DNA from: an uncultured virus (IMG/VR IMGVR_UViG_3300031998_000016)
Lineage: Duplodnaviria; Heunggongvirae; Uroviricota; Caudoviricetes
Reading direction: 5' to 3' (one strand)
Length of the DNA stretch: 64,000 bases
IMG/VR virus record: IMGVR_UViG_3300031998_000016
Below are positions 35,279-45,626 of the stretch, piece after piece. The notes beneath the pieces were generated by a model, which saw nothing but the letters and a program-made list of their open reading frames with translations, ran no database searches and was not told the origin of the DNA. Position numbers and translations under genes: made by a program. The stretch's first letter is position 1, and each line of letters starts with the position of its first letter.

Positions 35279-35599
35279 ATGACACTTAGAGAATTTTACA
35301 ACGAAGTAGCTACAAATGCATCTATCAGCGCAGAAGCTAAGGAAATTGCTGGCAAGTATCTTGCTAAGTTTGCGGAAGAGGACAAGGCGAAGGATTCTAA
35401 GCGTGAAGCTAATGTTGCACTCGGTGAGGAAATTCTTGCCAAAATGGAAGCTGGTAAGAAGTACCTTAACGCAGATATTGTGGCAATGTTTGCCGGTCAG
35501 TACAACTCGTCAAAGATTGGCTATATCCTTAGAGAAATCTTAAAGGATAAGGTTATTTCAGACGACAGCACACCTAAGCAGTACACAAAAGTAAAGTAA
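35279..35599 (+). CDS. Small basic putative DNA-binding protein (paralog of 37329)
   Basis: MTLREFYNEV vs MTQREFYNAV; NSSK and TP..Y shared. Confidence 0.7.
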   Translation: MTLREFYNEVATNASISAEAKEIAGKYLAKFAEEDKAKDSKREANVALGEEILAKMEAGKKYLNADIVAMFAGQYNSSKIGYILREILKDKVISDDSTPKQYTKVK

Positions 35600-35812
35600 T
35601 AAACACGGCAAAAACTGGAAGCCGCTCTCGAAAGAGGGCGGTTTTCTTATTATGGTAGAACTGGAAAATTTTTCCAAAACGCCCGGGCAATTTGCCATAA
35701 ACTACCAAAAAATTTTTTCAGAAAAGTGTTGACAAGTGCCGCAAAGTATGGTATAATATAATTACAGTAAAGGACAGGTGATAAGTCCTAAAAACCGGAA
35801 AGGAATACCAAT

Positions 35813-36013
35813 ATGGAAAAGTATGAAATCAGATTTATCGGCAAGCCGGAAAATACTTACACTTCACCGCATAGCTATGTAGCTGTAAGAATGTTTACTT
35901 CTTTAATGAATAAAGAACAGAGATGGTTAACCTACTGCCCATTAAAGCGTTTTAGCAATGGGTTCATTGATTCTGTTTCCGTTGGTGATATGACATTAAG
36001 GAGGGTAAAGTAA
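35813..36013 (+). CDS. Hypothetical early protein
   Basis: Own promoter; TAATG coupling to next gene. Confidence 0.65.
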   Translation: MEKYEIRFIGKPENTYTSPHSYVAVRMFTSLMNKEQRWLTYCPLKRFSNGFIDSVSVGDMTLRRVK

Positions 36014-36546
36014 TGAAAACAATAAAAGTTCTTGTATCAACATTAAACAATGGTGATTTCTTTAGTGTAGGTGTTTATGACTACCTTTTTGTAGGTAAAA
36101 CTAAATTCCAAGATGTAAATGGTTATGTTGGTTGTAACCAGTCTAACGGTGATTTAAAAGTTTTTGATTTCGACCAAATGGTGGAAATTCCACGTCCTAA
36201 GCCAGTAAGAACCACTTTTTGGTATAAGAAGAAGTTTTTGGAACTCGTTGGTGGCGGTGTTGAACATGATAAGGTTGAGTTTAAATTTAATACTATTTGT
36301 TCTCGACTTTATGCCGAACTTAAGGTGACAAGATATGGTATATTACAGGAACTTGGCGGAAAATATGGTCGTAATGATTATATTATAACAATTAATAACA
36401 AACTCTTTGACGGTGTTACGGTGATGCTCATAAATACAAAAACTGGTAAATCAGTTTCTTGCAAACATCTCGACCCGGAAAAAATTACCATGGACAATGT
36501 ATACGTTATCTTTATCGACCTTTACAAAAAGTACATGAATCAGTAA
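36013..36546 (+). CDS. Hypothetical protein
   Basis: 177 aa; LINTKTGK motif shared with the 31342 family. Confidence 0.7.
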   Translation: MKTIKVLVSTLNNGDFFSVGVYDYLFVGKTKFQDVNGYVGCNQSNGDLKVFDFDQMVEIPRPKPVRTTFWYKKKFLELVGGGVEHDKVEFKFNTICSRLYAELKVTRYGILQELGGKYGRNDYIITINNKLFDGVTVMLINTKTGKSVSCKHLDPEKITMDNVYVIFIDLYKKYMNQ

Positions 36547-36775
36547 AAATGTGCCGCTCAGAAATGGGCGGCATTTTCATATTCCATAAATGGTAAATTA
36601 TGGCGAAACGCCCGGGCGATTTTCCATCTTTTTCCGTTTTTACCATAAAAATATTTTTAAAAAATTTTAGAAAAACTATTGACAAGTACCTTATTCTATG
36701 CTATAATATATACATAAGATAAAACAAAACACAAAGACAGGTAACAAGTCTATAAAACCGGAAGGAATTTTAACT

Positions 36776-37315
36776 ATGGAAAATCTTACATTTGAAAACT
36801 GGACTCTCTCACAGGCACATTCATTTATCATTGGTATGGCAAATGCAATGGTAAATAGTGGTCAGGCAAGTTTTCCAGTGGATTTTAATGATGTGATGAC
36901 CGAAGTTTACAGAACTTTTGAACATCACGACTACACTGACGAAGGCGCCGACAGCTTTACTTTTGGTAATTATGTGATTACTGTTAACAAGAAGGCACGT
37001 AAAGTAGGTCTTCTCAATACTCGCAATGGTAAGTTTGTGGAAACTTATTGTAACAAAAAGGATAATTTTGCGGTCTTTATTGGACTGGGTGTGGTTTGGG
37101 CTAAGTACAATCATATTGAGCGCCCTAAGTTTATAAGCAAGAAAAAGCTGTCTGAACTCAAACCACATGATGTATTTACAATTAGTAGTGGTTCACGCTA
37201 TGAATTTATCGGCACTATTAAGAGTATAGGTCTTAAAAACAATTATGTAGCTTTTAGCATTGATACTGGAAACACTTACCGTTTTGCAGATGGCGCAGTA
37301 ACGGTAGTAGAATAA
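36776..37315 (+). CDS. Hypothetical early protein (31342 family)
   Basis: KDNFAVFIGLGVVWAKY motif. Confidence 0.75.
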   Translation: MENLTFENWTLSQAHSFIIGMANAMVNSGQASFPVDFNDVMTEVYRTFEHHDYTDEGADSFTFGNYVITVNKKARKVGLLNTRNGKFVETYCNKKDNFAVFIGLGVVWAKYNHIERPKFISKKKLSELKPHDVFTISSGSRYEFIGTIKSIGLKNNYVAFSIDTGNTYRFADGAVTVVE

Positions 37316-37328
37316 GGAGGAAATTACC

Positions 37329-37694
37329 ATGACACAGAGAGAATTTTATAACGCAGTAATAGCCGCAAATCTTAGCGATGAAATCACGGATAAAGCGAAG
37401 GCACTTCTTGCCAGTGTTAACAGTAAAAATGCAAGGTCTGCAAAAAATTCCGAGGAAAAGCGTAACACCAATACAGAAATTGGCAGAAAACTTTTCAGTA
37501 TGCTTGATGTAGGAAAAGCGTACACAATGGATGAAATCTTAGTACAGTATTCGGCAACAGTGTCAGAACTTACCAGTGAATATGACTTCAAGATGAACTC
37601 GTCAAAGTTTACCGCCATTGCAAGAAATTGTCAGGATGCGGGATTTATTGAGATAATAAAAGACACACCAAATAAATACAGATTTATCGGATGA
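37329..37694 (+). CDS. Small putative DNA-binding protein (paralog of 35279)
   Basis: AAGGAGG RBS; similarity to 35279. Confidence 0.7.
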   Translation: MTQREFYNAVIAANLSDEITDKAKALLASVNSKNARSAKNSEEKRNTNTEIGRKLFSMLDVGKAYTMDEILVQYSATVSELTSEYDFKMNSSKFTAIARNCQDAGFIEIIKDTPNKYRFIG

Positions 37695-37886
37695 AAACTG
37701 CCGCTCAGAAATGGGCGGCTTTCCTATTGTGGTAAAATTGGTAAAATTTGGCGTTTCGCCCGGGCGTTTTGGTAGAATATGGAAATAAAAAAATTTTAGA
37801 AAAGAGTTGACAAGTGCGGCGAAATATGATATAATATAAACATAAGGACAGGTGATAAGTCCTAAAAACCGGAAAGGAATACCATT

Positions 37887-38444
37887 ATGAATGAAAAGAT
37901 AAAAGGAATAATTAACAACAACTCACCTCTTGAACTTTTTTTTAGTTTTGGAATGATTTTTAATTTATTTTTCACCGCTATTACTGCCGTTATAGTTGGA
38001 AATATGGAACTTACTGATAATATGTTAGATTTGGCGGTATTTATTATATTTGCTCGCTTTGTAACAACTCATTTTGTTTTTATTTGGTTACTCGGAAATT
38101 TTCCTTTTGATTATGAGGTGGTTAAACCACGTAAACTAACCACACTTGAAAAAGCACAAAAAGTAATTAATAAGGGAGAATACAAAAAGCAATTAAAAAA
38201 AGATAAAGAAGAACTTAAAAGACGTAAGGAGATTTCAAAAACGCTTAAATATATAGAACAAGCAATTATAGCCGAAGCTAAACACGGTAACCGTGAATTT
38301 ACCTTTGACCTCCCTATAGATTACTGTGTAAAAGATGTAGAACTTTATTTACAAAATCATGGTTTTAAAGCAAAAATTGATAATTCTGAAAAAACCTTAG
38401 ACGGTATGTTAAATTTCTGCCATCCATTATACATCAAATGGTAA
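37887..38444 (+). CDS. Membrane protein (2 predicted TM segments)
   Basis: Two N-terminal hydrophobic stretches. Confidence 0.7.
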   Translation: MNEKIKGIINNNSPLELFFSFGMIFNLFFTAITAVIVGNMELTDNMLDLAVFIIFARFVTTHFVFIWLLGNFPFDYEVVKPRKLTTLEKAQKVINKGEYKKQLKKDKEELKRRKEISKTLKYIEQAIIAEAKHGNREFTFDLPIDYCVKDVELYLQNHGFKAKIDNSEKTLDGMLNFCHPLYIKW

Positions 38445-38638
38445 CTTATGCCACCCTTCGGGGTGGTTTCTCTTTATCCCATTATTACCAAAATCTTCCA
38501 AAGTGCCCGGGCATTTTGCCATAAAATACCATAAAAAATTTTTCGTCAACCCCTTGACAACTCGCCGCAAATATGGTATAATATATACATAAGATAAAGA
38601 GAGGTTATAACTCTATAAAACCGGAAGGACTTTTAACC

Positions 38639-38854
38639 ATGAAACTAAGAAGTATTGATTACATCATGATTTTTAGCTGTGCTTTGGCGGCTGGACTGTG
38701 CTACGCTGGTAGTAATTGGTCAGCACCTATGTTTATCCTGTCAAGTTCAATAGGGCTGGTAGATTCTACCAGAAATAAGGTTCTTACAGGAGCTATCATT
38801 AATGGAATTTTCTTGGCACTTAATGTTGCCGTATTTGTACAGAATGTGAGGTAA
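38639..38854 (+). CDS. Small membrane protein
   Basis: Mostly hydrophobic 71 aa; own promoter. Confidence 0.65.
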   Translation: MKLRSIDYIMIFSCALAAGLCYAGSNWSAPMFILSSSIGLVDSTRNKVLTGAIINGIFLALNVAVFVQNVR

Positions 38855-38858
38855 TAGT

Positions 38859-39254
38859 ATGTATATTAAAATATGTAAAGGCGATGCAATAAATTTAAAC
38901 TTCAAAATACTTGAATATAAAATTCCCGATTTTGATGTACTTGCCGGAAACAAAGTTAACGAGGTAGAGGAGGTAATAAATTTAATTGCTGAGTGTGGCT
39001 ATCCCTTTAAAATAATAGGACTTTCAGAAAAGGAAAGAAACTATTTAGTTAAGTATTTCCACGACTATTTCACCGAAACGGATGCAGATTATGGTATTCT
39101 TGCTAAATGTTTAGATATTCCATATAAATATGAATGGTATGTTACTTCTGAGAATGATAATGTAGAACATATAGCAGATTACTTAGAACATGAGAAAAGT
39201 ATGGTTATTTGGGCGGAAAAGTGTATTGAGTTTCTTGAAGAAAAGGAGTCGTAA
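38859..39254 (+). CDS. Hypothetical protein
   Basis: GAGGT RBS. Confidence 0.65.
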   Translation: MYIKICKGDAINLNFKILEYKIPDFDVLAGNKVNEVEEVINLIAECGYPFKIIGLSEKERNYLVKYFHDYFTETDADYGILAKCLDIPYKYEWYVTSENDNVEHIADYLEHEKSMVIWAEKCIEFLEEKES

Positions 39255-39255
39255 A

Positions 39256-39462
39256 ATGAAAGAAATATACATAGTAAACGTTATGGGTTGTTCCACTTGT
39301 GCATACACTGAATATTCCTCCGCACTTAAAGACGTTTTGTCAACAATTGCAGATTTGACAGGTGAATCATATACAGGAAGCACAGAAAAAGAACTATATG
39401 AGTATCTTGATGATAATTGTGATGTAGCAAGTCTTGAAGCACTTGATTTATACGATAATTAA
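39256..39462 (+). CDS. Hypothetical acidic protein
   Basis: AAGGAG RBS before ATG 39256. Confidence 0.6.
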   Translation: MKEIYIVNVMGCSTCAYTEYSSALKDVLSTIADLTGESYTGSTEKELYEYLDDNCDVASLEALDLYDN

Positions 39463-39712
39463 TCTATGCCGCCCTTTGGGGCGGTTTCCTTTTATACCAT
39501 TACTGGAAAATTATGGCGAATCGCCCGGGCGCTTTTCCAGATTTTTCCATTTCTACCATAAAAAACTTTTTTAAAAAATTTTTCTAAAACTATTGACAAT
39601 AGCACAAAGTTGTGCTATAATATATACATAAGGTGAAGGGAAGAAAACACCTAAAAACCATATTATCATTATTGTCAGGTAAAGACGTTAAAACCGGAAG
39701 GAAGTAATTAAA

Positions 39713-40138
39713 ATGACAGAACTTAGAACTATCAAGGAAAAGGACTTCAAACTCAGTGAAATCAAGGAAGCTATCAGAGTGGAAGCTTTTGACAGTGTTG
39801 TTGAAGCTATGAAGGCTAAGTACGGTGAGGAAAATGTTACCATCGTTGGCAAGTCTGAGGTAGCTGTAGCTGTTCTCACAATTGAAACAAAGGAAGGATT
39901 TACCGTTGAAGCGTGCGTAACATTCTCCCCTACTGTCAAGGACTATAAGGACAGACAGACAAACAAAAAGTATTTTACAGAATATGACAGGGAATATGAG
40001 GGTAGCGTATGGCAGAAAAAGGTAGAGGAAGACGAGAAGGAAGCTAAGGAAAAGGAAGAAAAAGCCAAAAAGAACAAAGAAAAGGTAGAAAAGGAAAAAG
40101 CGGCGGCGAAGGCAAAAAAGGAAGCTAAGACAAATTAA
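39713..40138 (+). CDS. Hypothetical protein with Lys/Glu-rich tail
   Basis: Own promoter, strong codon bias, terminator-like hairpin. Confidence 0.75.
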   Translation: MTELRTIKEKDFKLSEIKEAIRVEAFDSVVEAMKAKYGEENVTIVGKSEVAVAVLTIETKEGFTVEACVTFSPTVKDYKDRQTNKKYFTEYDREYEGSVWQKKVEEDEKEAKEKEEKAKKNKEKVEKEKAAAKAKKEAKTN

Positions 40139-40353
40139 TCCAGCGAGGGTTGAACTTCGGTTCAGCCCTCTTTTATTTTTATCCAAAACTGGAAAATTTT
40201 GGCAAAATGCCCGGGCACTTTTCCAGCATTTTCCAATTATGGAAAAATAATATTTTTAAAAATCTCTTGACAAGTGCCGCAAAATGTGATATAATATATA
40301 CATAATAAATCGACAGGTTACAAGTCGTTAAAACCGGAAAGGAATACCAAAAA

Positions 40354-41079
40354 ATGCGTGGAAGAAAAAAGGAAAAATTTATAGTATTAGACGTGGAAGG
40401 AAATTCCACTTGTCTGCCGTACAATATTGGTTATATTGTGGCAGATAATGCCGGCAATATTTACGAAAAAAGGTCAATTGCATTACCTTATGCAGTTTGG
40501 CAGAATCTGTTAAATTCCCTCGAAACTGGTCTGTGTAAAGAAATGCACTTAAAGAACACAAAAGATATTTTAGAGGATTATGAGAATTCTGCTAAAAACA
40601 GGAAGTACAGATGTATAAGCATTGAGAGTTTTTGGATATTATTTACATCTGATATTCAGAAGTACAACATTAAAAAGATGTATGCTTATAACGTTGCCTT
40701 CGATAATGCCGCACTTAGTAGGTTATTTGGTGCAAGGTATGAAATGTTAGGACTGGAAATTCGTGACATCATGGCGGCAGTAGTAAAGACTCGACTGTTA
40801 AATCCTTCCTATTTGGAATTTTGTGACCGTCATGGTTATTTGTCAGAAAAAGGTAATTATAAGTACGGTGCTGAAATAGTGTACCGATATTTGAAGGGCG
40901 AAGCATATGCCAATTTTGAGGAAGAACATACAGGACTTGCCGATGTTATGATAGAATATGAAATTTTGTTATGGGTTCTCAAATCTGGTAAAAAACAGGA
41001 ATGGTCATGCATTTGCGCTTGGAAAAGATTTCAGCAATATGTGGAAGAAACTGGATACCAAAGATGGTTGCCATTTTAA
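40354..41079 (+). CDS. DEDDh (DnaQ-like) 3'-5' exonuclease
   Basis: ExoI IVLDVEG, ExoII AYNVAFD, ExoIII EEHTGLADV. Confidence 0.85.
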   Translation: MRGRKKEKFIVLDVEGNSTCLPYNIGYIVADNAGNIYEKRSIALPYAVWQNLLNSLETGLCKEMHLKNTKDILEDYENSAKNRKYRCISIESFWILFTSDIQKYNIKKMYAYNVAFDNAALSRLFGARYEMLGLEIRDIMAAVVKTRLLNPSYLEFCDRHGYLSEKGNYKYGAEIVYRYLKGEAYANFEEEHTGLADVMIEYEILLWVLKSGKKQEWSCICAWKRFQQYVEETGYQRWLPF

Positions 41080-41287
41080 TGGTAAAGGCGGTAGTTTTCG
41101 GAAGAAGGCTACCGCCCCCATTTTTATGGTAGAACTGGAAAATTTTGGCGAAACGCCCGGGCATTTTGGCATTTAATGGCAGAAAAAATTTTTTAAAAAG
41201 GTATTGACATTACCGCAAAACTATGTTATAATATATACATAAGATAAAGAGAGGTTATAACTCTATAAAACCGGAAAGGAATTAACC

Positions 41288-41512
41288 ATGATAACTGATG
41301 TGCCTATGAAAGCTAATTCAGAAACGATTTTACAATTACAGGAGCAGATTAAAATTTTAAAACGTAATTTGCATTTAATGTGTAAGTTTGGTCCTTGGGA
41401 AGATTGTGGCGATTGTCCTTGCTATGATACAGTTAGTGAAAAATATAACTGTATGATACAAAGTGCCGGCTTAGGTTCGCCAATTCTTTGGAAGAAAGGA
41501 AAAGATTTTTAA
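41288..41512 (+). CDS. Small Cys-rich protein
   Basis: C...CGDCPC...C; own promoter. Confidence 0.6.
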   Translation: MITDVPMKANSETILQLQEQIKILKRNLHLMCKFGPWEDCGDCPCYDTVSEKYNCMIQSAGLGSPILWKKGKDF

Positions 41513-41626
41513 TGGATAAAAGATTTAAAACAAAAATAACTATTGACATTGCCGCGATTATGTGCTATAATATATACATAAGATAAAGACAGGTTATAAG
41601 TCTTAAAAACCGGAAAGGATTTTACT

Positions 41627-41866
41627 ATGAAATTAGATTTTAAGAAAAAGGAAATGACTGGAACAGAAATGGCTATTGGTTGCTTAATTATTTTAGTTGT
41701 CATTGCTCTTACTTATGGTTGTACAGTTCTTATGGTGGGACTTGCTATGTGGTCACTCTGTAAGTTGGGAATTATTGCCGTATGGACGTGGAAACAGGCG
41801 GCATTATGGGCAATTGTTTTGGCAGTTGTTGGTAGTTTCTTTAAGAGTGGTAAAAAGGAGGATTAA
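41627..41866 (+). CDS. Small membrane protein
   Basis: Long hydrophobic segments; own promoter. Confidence 0.7.
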   Translation: MKLDFKKKEMTGTEMAIGCLIILVVIALTYGCTVLMVGLAMWSLCKLGIIAVWTWKQAALWAIVLAVVGSFFKSGKKED

Positions 41867-41869
41867 GTT

Positions 41870-42238
41870 ATGGATAAAAGATTTGAAATATATCCCGTTA
41901 TAGGCATATGGTATTGGGAATCTATGGTAATGGAAGAAATGGGATATGGTAAATATGTAGATTCTCGTAATATATTTGATTGGGATGACTTTTTTGAGGA
42001 AAAAGGTATTGAACACTTTACGGATAGGCATTATCTTGAAAATGTTCTTATTAACTCCGATGATGGTGAAGATTTTGCATATATTGACCGCTCAGGTTAC
42101 ATTGATAAGGGTTATTGTAACGAAAGGTTAGAATATGGTGAAAAAGTTGTTGATATTAAAGAGGAAATTTTTTCTGCGGCAGTAAGACTGTTTGATAAAG
42201 GTTTAGCACCAAAAGAATTTATAGTTCTTTACCGTTAA
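41870..42238 (+). CDS. Hypothetical acidic protein
   Basis: AAGGAGG RBS. Confidence 0.7.
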   Translation: MDKRFEIYPVIGIWYWESMVMEEMGYGKYVDSRNIFDWDDFFEEKGIEHFTDRHYLENVLINSDDGEDFAYIDRSGYIDKGYCNERLEYGEKVVDIKEEIFSAAVRLFDKGLAPKEFIVLYR

Positions 42239-42703
42239 TAAGAAGAATAGAAGAAATAAATTAATTGATAAATTAGAGGATGAAAAGAAAAATGGATGGT
42301 CGTTTTGAATTTTTTGAAAATTATTATGACTTAGAGCATAATCCCGAAACTATGTTTACACTTTTGTACTTTATGGCAAAAGAAATAGAATCTTTACGGC
42401 ATGAACTAAATGAGTTGCGAAGTGACACTGACTTTGAAGAAGAATAAAAGCGCCGCCCGAAAGGGCGGTTTTCTTATATTCCATAATTGGTAAAAATTGG
42501 CGAAACGCCCGGGCACTTTTCCAGTAATTTCCATATCTACCATATTTTCGCGGCGAAAAAATTTTTAAAAAACTATTGACAACTGCCCGCAAATATGGTA
42601 TAATATAATTACAGTAAGGGAGGGATTAAATGACCGCCTTAATACTAATAGGTTTAACTATGATTGCCGGAATTTTGGCAATCGACTAAGAAAGGACTAA
42701 ATT

Positions 42704-43147
42704 ATGGAAAAAGAAATAGTATTTGACATGGACGGCACTCTTAACAATTTTTATGAAGTTGAGGGCTGGCTGGAAGATTTAAGAAATTATTCTGTACGAC
42801 CTTATAAAGATGCGAAGGCAAGGCTCAATCTGTCAAGACTTGCCAAACTTCTCAATAAGTTACAGAAGGATTTAGATTTCACTCTTAAAATCGTTTCATG
42901 GTGTTCAAAGGAAAGTACACCGGAATTTGACAGACGTACAAAAGATGCCAAACTCCAGTGGCTCAGGAAACATATGCCATCTGTAGAATGGGATGAAATC
43001 CTTATTGTACCATACGGCACGCCTAAACACTCTTTAGGCGAAGGCATACTCTTTGACGATAACGAAGAGATTAGAAAAGAATGGGGCAAAGGTGCATACT
43101 CAGAAAAGGAAATCTTTGACATACTCAATGCGATTTTAAGAATGTGA
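42704..43147 (+). CDS. HAD-superfamily phosphatase, 5'(3')-deoxyribonucleotidase-like
   Basis: Motif I VFDMDGTL, K..WL..H, motif IV ILFDD. Confidence 0.8.
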   Translation: MEKEIVFDMDGTLNNFYEVEGWLEDLRNYSVRPYKDAKARLNLSRLAKLLNKLQKDLDFTLKIVSWCSKESTPEFDRRTKDAKLQWLRKHMPSVEWDEILIVPYGTPKHSLGEGILFDDNEEIRKEWGKGAYSEKEIFDILNAILRM

Positions 43148-43551
43148 GGTGGGAGAATATGGAAGGCATAATAGAAGAAGACTGGATAGAATCAGAAGAA
43201 ATGGAATATCTCGGAAAAAGTTTTTGGGAAGAAGGCTTTTATGATAAAAGCGGTAAGAAAATGGAAACAATGGAAGTTCTTGCCGCACTCTTTAAAAAGA
43301 CTATTCAATTAGAAAAGCGAATAGAACAGTTAGAGGAAGAAAATGCCATTTTGAGAGATATTGGTATGTTCGACCTTGACAAAGGACAGGATATTCTCCA
43401 TAATATAACACTTATAAATGGAATTAAATGGAAAAGGGACACTAAATTTACAATTGATAGTGAAAATTGTAATTTTTCTTGTCTTTTATATTATATAAGT
43501 CAATGCATATCAGACAAAAAGTCAGAAGATGAACTCGAAGGATATTATTGA
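43144..43551 (+). CDS. Hypothetical protein
   Basis: Acidic ORF following the HAD gene. Confidence 0.6.
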   Translation: MRWENMEGIIEEDWIESEEMEYLGKSFWEEGFYDKSGKKMETMEVLAALFKKTIQLEKRIEQLEEENAILRDIGMFDLDKGQDILHNITLINGIKWKRDTKFTIDSENCNFSCLLYYISQCISDKKSEDELEGYY

Positions 43552-43745
43552 TAATTTATGCCGCCCGAAAGGGCGGTTTCTTTATATACCAAAACTGGAA
43601 AATTTTGGCGAAACGCCCGGGCAGTTTACCATATTTTGGCGGCGAAAATTTTTTAGAAAAACACTTGACAAACATCATAAACTATGGTATAATATAAACA
43701 TAGATGGAGAGGTGATAACTCCTAAAAACCGGAAAGGATAACCAT

Positions 43746-44117
43746 ATGGTAAAGAATTGTAAATTTAAGTGTGATGACTTTGAAACAGGTTCATTGACAG
43801 AAATGGTGGGTTATATTTTAAGTCAGTGTGATGCTGAAGGAATTATAGCAACTTGGTATTATTTAACCCCTACTATGCCTTGTCTTGTCGCAGAAATTAA
43901 CAACGAAGATAAAATACTTGGTAGTTTCCGCTTAGGTGATTTACTTCTTATGCATCAAAATCACGTACTTTCGGAAGAAATATACAATACAGCTTATGCA
44001 TTTGTTGATAACTATTTAATAGATGAATTACACAGAGCATATAACAGACATGAAGAAATGATAATTACATCAGTAGGCATAAATGATTTTCACATCAACT
44101 TAATATGGGAGGACTAA
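43746..44117 (+). CDS. Hypothetical early protein
   Basis: Own promoter and leader. Confidence 0.7.
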   Translation: MVKNCKFKCDDFETGSLTEMVGYILSQCDAEGIIATWYYLTPTMPCLVAEINNEDKILGSFRLGDLLLMHQNHVLSEEIYNTAYAFVDNYLIDELHRAYNRHEEMIITSVGINDFHINLIWED

Positions 44118-44119
44118 TT

Positions 44120-44632
44120 ATGTATTTTACAATTAACAATTATGTAACAAAAGAGGATGAAAAGATACATACCAAAAGAGGTGCAATAGTAAGAATAAAT
44201 GAACTTCTTACTAACAAAGATATGGCAATCGCTAAACAAATTGTCGAAAACACCATCAACCGCCCTCATGCAGTAACATTTGATAACTTTGCTATACGCT
44301 GTGTAAAAGAATATGAAATAGAAGGTATTGAAGAACAGCTTTTTGAACTTGATGAACTAACGGACGCAATTTTTTATACTGACCAAGATTTAACATTTAA
44401 AATGGCAATAGAATGGTTTGAAAGTACCACTTATGCCAAGGATATGAACGACAATCCACTTGGAATAAATTGGAGAACCATAGTAAAGCGAGATTATGAC
44501 CACGCAACCTTTAACTATGAATATTCTGACAATCTTGTTAATTTGTACATTGATTCCGTAATGTATAAATTTTCCTTAATGTCATCGGGAGATATAGGAA
44601 TATATAACGATTTGAAAATTATTTGCCATTAA
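44120..44632 (+). CDS. Hypothetical protein
   Basis: GGAGG RBS. Confidence 0.7.
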   Translation: MYFTINNYVTKEDEKIHTKRGAIVRINELLTNKDMAIAKQIVENTINRPHAVTFDNFAIRCVKEYEIEGIEEQLFELDELTDAIFYTDQDLTFKMAIEWFESTTYAKDMNDNPLGINWRTIVKRDYDHATFNYEYSDNLVNLYIDSVMYKFSLMSSGDIGIYNDLKIICH

Positions 44633-44835
44633 TTACCCGCCCTTTGGGGCGGTTCCCTTTTATGGTAGAAATGGTAATTTTTGCCTTTTCGCCCGGGCAC
44701 TTTGCCATTAAATACCATAAAAAATTTTTTAGAAAAACTATTGACAAACACTATATTCTATGTTATAATATATACATAAGATAAAACAAAACATGAACAG
44801 GTTCAAGTTCTAAAAACCGGAAAGGAATTACCATT

Positions 44836-45363
44836 ATGTACAAAGTAATTTATAATGACCGTAGCGCTGAAACTTATTCAAACCTTGACAAGTTAGATGA
44901 AGGATTAAGGAAGGTTTTCTCTCACAAACTTGTAAATGATGTTACACTTGCTTTTATGAACGGTAAAGACATTTATAGCGGCAGATTTTTTGATGTTGAA
45001 CATTATGTCGGTTATACCTATGACGGCAACTATTTTACAACCTTATGGCAGTTAGCACAGGCACTTTCCAAAGAGGTTGACCGTGATACGAAGGTTGAAT
45101 GGTTTATTCAAAATGTCGGTATTAGCGCACGTAAAGATAATGGAGATGAATTTGACCTTCCGTGGTATGATATGATTGAGGATGATTATGACCATGAAGA
45201 ATACAGCGGTCATTTAGCATCAGAAATTGACAATGCGGTTGCGGAAGAAATTGAAGATGCACTGGAAAAATGTAAGGATTTGGTAGAAGGTGGCTGTTTT
45301 ACTTTCAGTTTTTGGGAATCAGATTTCTGTATTGAAATTGAAGAGGAAGGGAATGAGGACTAA
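44836..45363 (+). CDS. Hypothetical acidic early protein
   Basis: Own promoter and leader. Confidence 0.7.
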   Translation: MYKVIYNDRSAETYSNLDKLDEGLRKVFSHKLVNDVTLAFMNGKDIYSGRFFDVEHYVGYTYDGNYFTTLWQLAQALSKEVDRDTKVEWFIQNVGISARKDNGDEFDLPWYDMIEDDYDHEEYSGHLASEIDNAVAEEIEDALEKCKDLVEGGCFTFSFWESDFCIEIEEEGNED

Positions 45364-45626
45364 TGTATTTTAAGGGAACATATAGTTGCGGCTATTGTGG
45401 TTGTGACAATATATACTACTTTAAAGCAAATAGTGAAGATGATGTTTGCGTTTATATGGCAGAAGGACTTTATGACTATGCCGCAGAGTATATAGATGTT
45501 GAATATTCAGAAGGTTACACCGATGATGATTTTGACAACTTTCTTTACGATTGCGGTTTTGACGTTGAGGAAATTACTGACATGGATGATTTGGAAGGTG
45601 AAGACATAATAGACCTTACCATGTAA
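45363..45626 (+). CDS. Very acidic small protein
   Basis: TAATG coupling; CGYCGC motif. Confidence 0.65.
   Translation: MYFKGTYSCGYCGCDNIYYFKANSEDDVCVYMAEGLYDYAAEYIDVEYSEGYTDDDFDNFLYDCGFDVEEITDMDDLEGEDIIDLTM

Larger units (their letters stand above)
31961..37719 (+). terminator. Near-identical intrinsic terminator hairpins GCCGCTC-AGAAAT-GGGCGGC after several cassettes
   Basis: Copies at ~31961, 32506, 33281, 35020, 36553, 37700, each followed by T-rich sequence. Confidence 0.8.
23879..44769 (+). promoter_or_regulatory. About 25 near-consensus sigma70/sigmaA promoters (TTGACA-17-TATAAT, TG extension, upstream A/T tracts)
   Basis: -35 boxes at e.g. 23879, 25063, 27298, 27910, 28526, 29119, 29766, 30583, 31251, 32736, 33419, 34248, 35147, 35729, 36679, 37807, 38554, 39593, 40267, 41204, 41543, 42576, 43664, 44741. 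Confidence 0.9.
32779..44826 (+). promoter_or_regulatory. Fourteen copies of a 5'-leader H-type pseudoknot abutting the Shine-Dalgarno
   Basis: [stem]AGGT-N1-3-AA[stem']WAAAACC-GGAA(A)GGA at 32779, 33501, 34330, 35239, 35771, 36735, 37845, 38598, 39673, 40311, 41248, 41586, 43706, 44795, with compensatory changes. Confidence 0.85.

Noticed and set aside
32779..44826. Canonical preQ1-I riboswitch call for the leader pseudoknot
   Set aside because: Topology is similar, but the ligand-pairing C is missing and downstream genes show no link to queuosine
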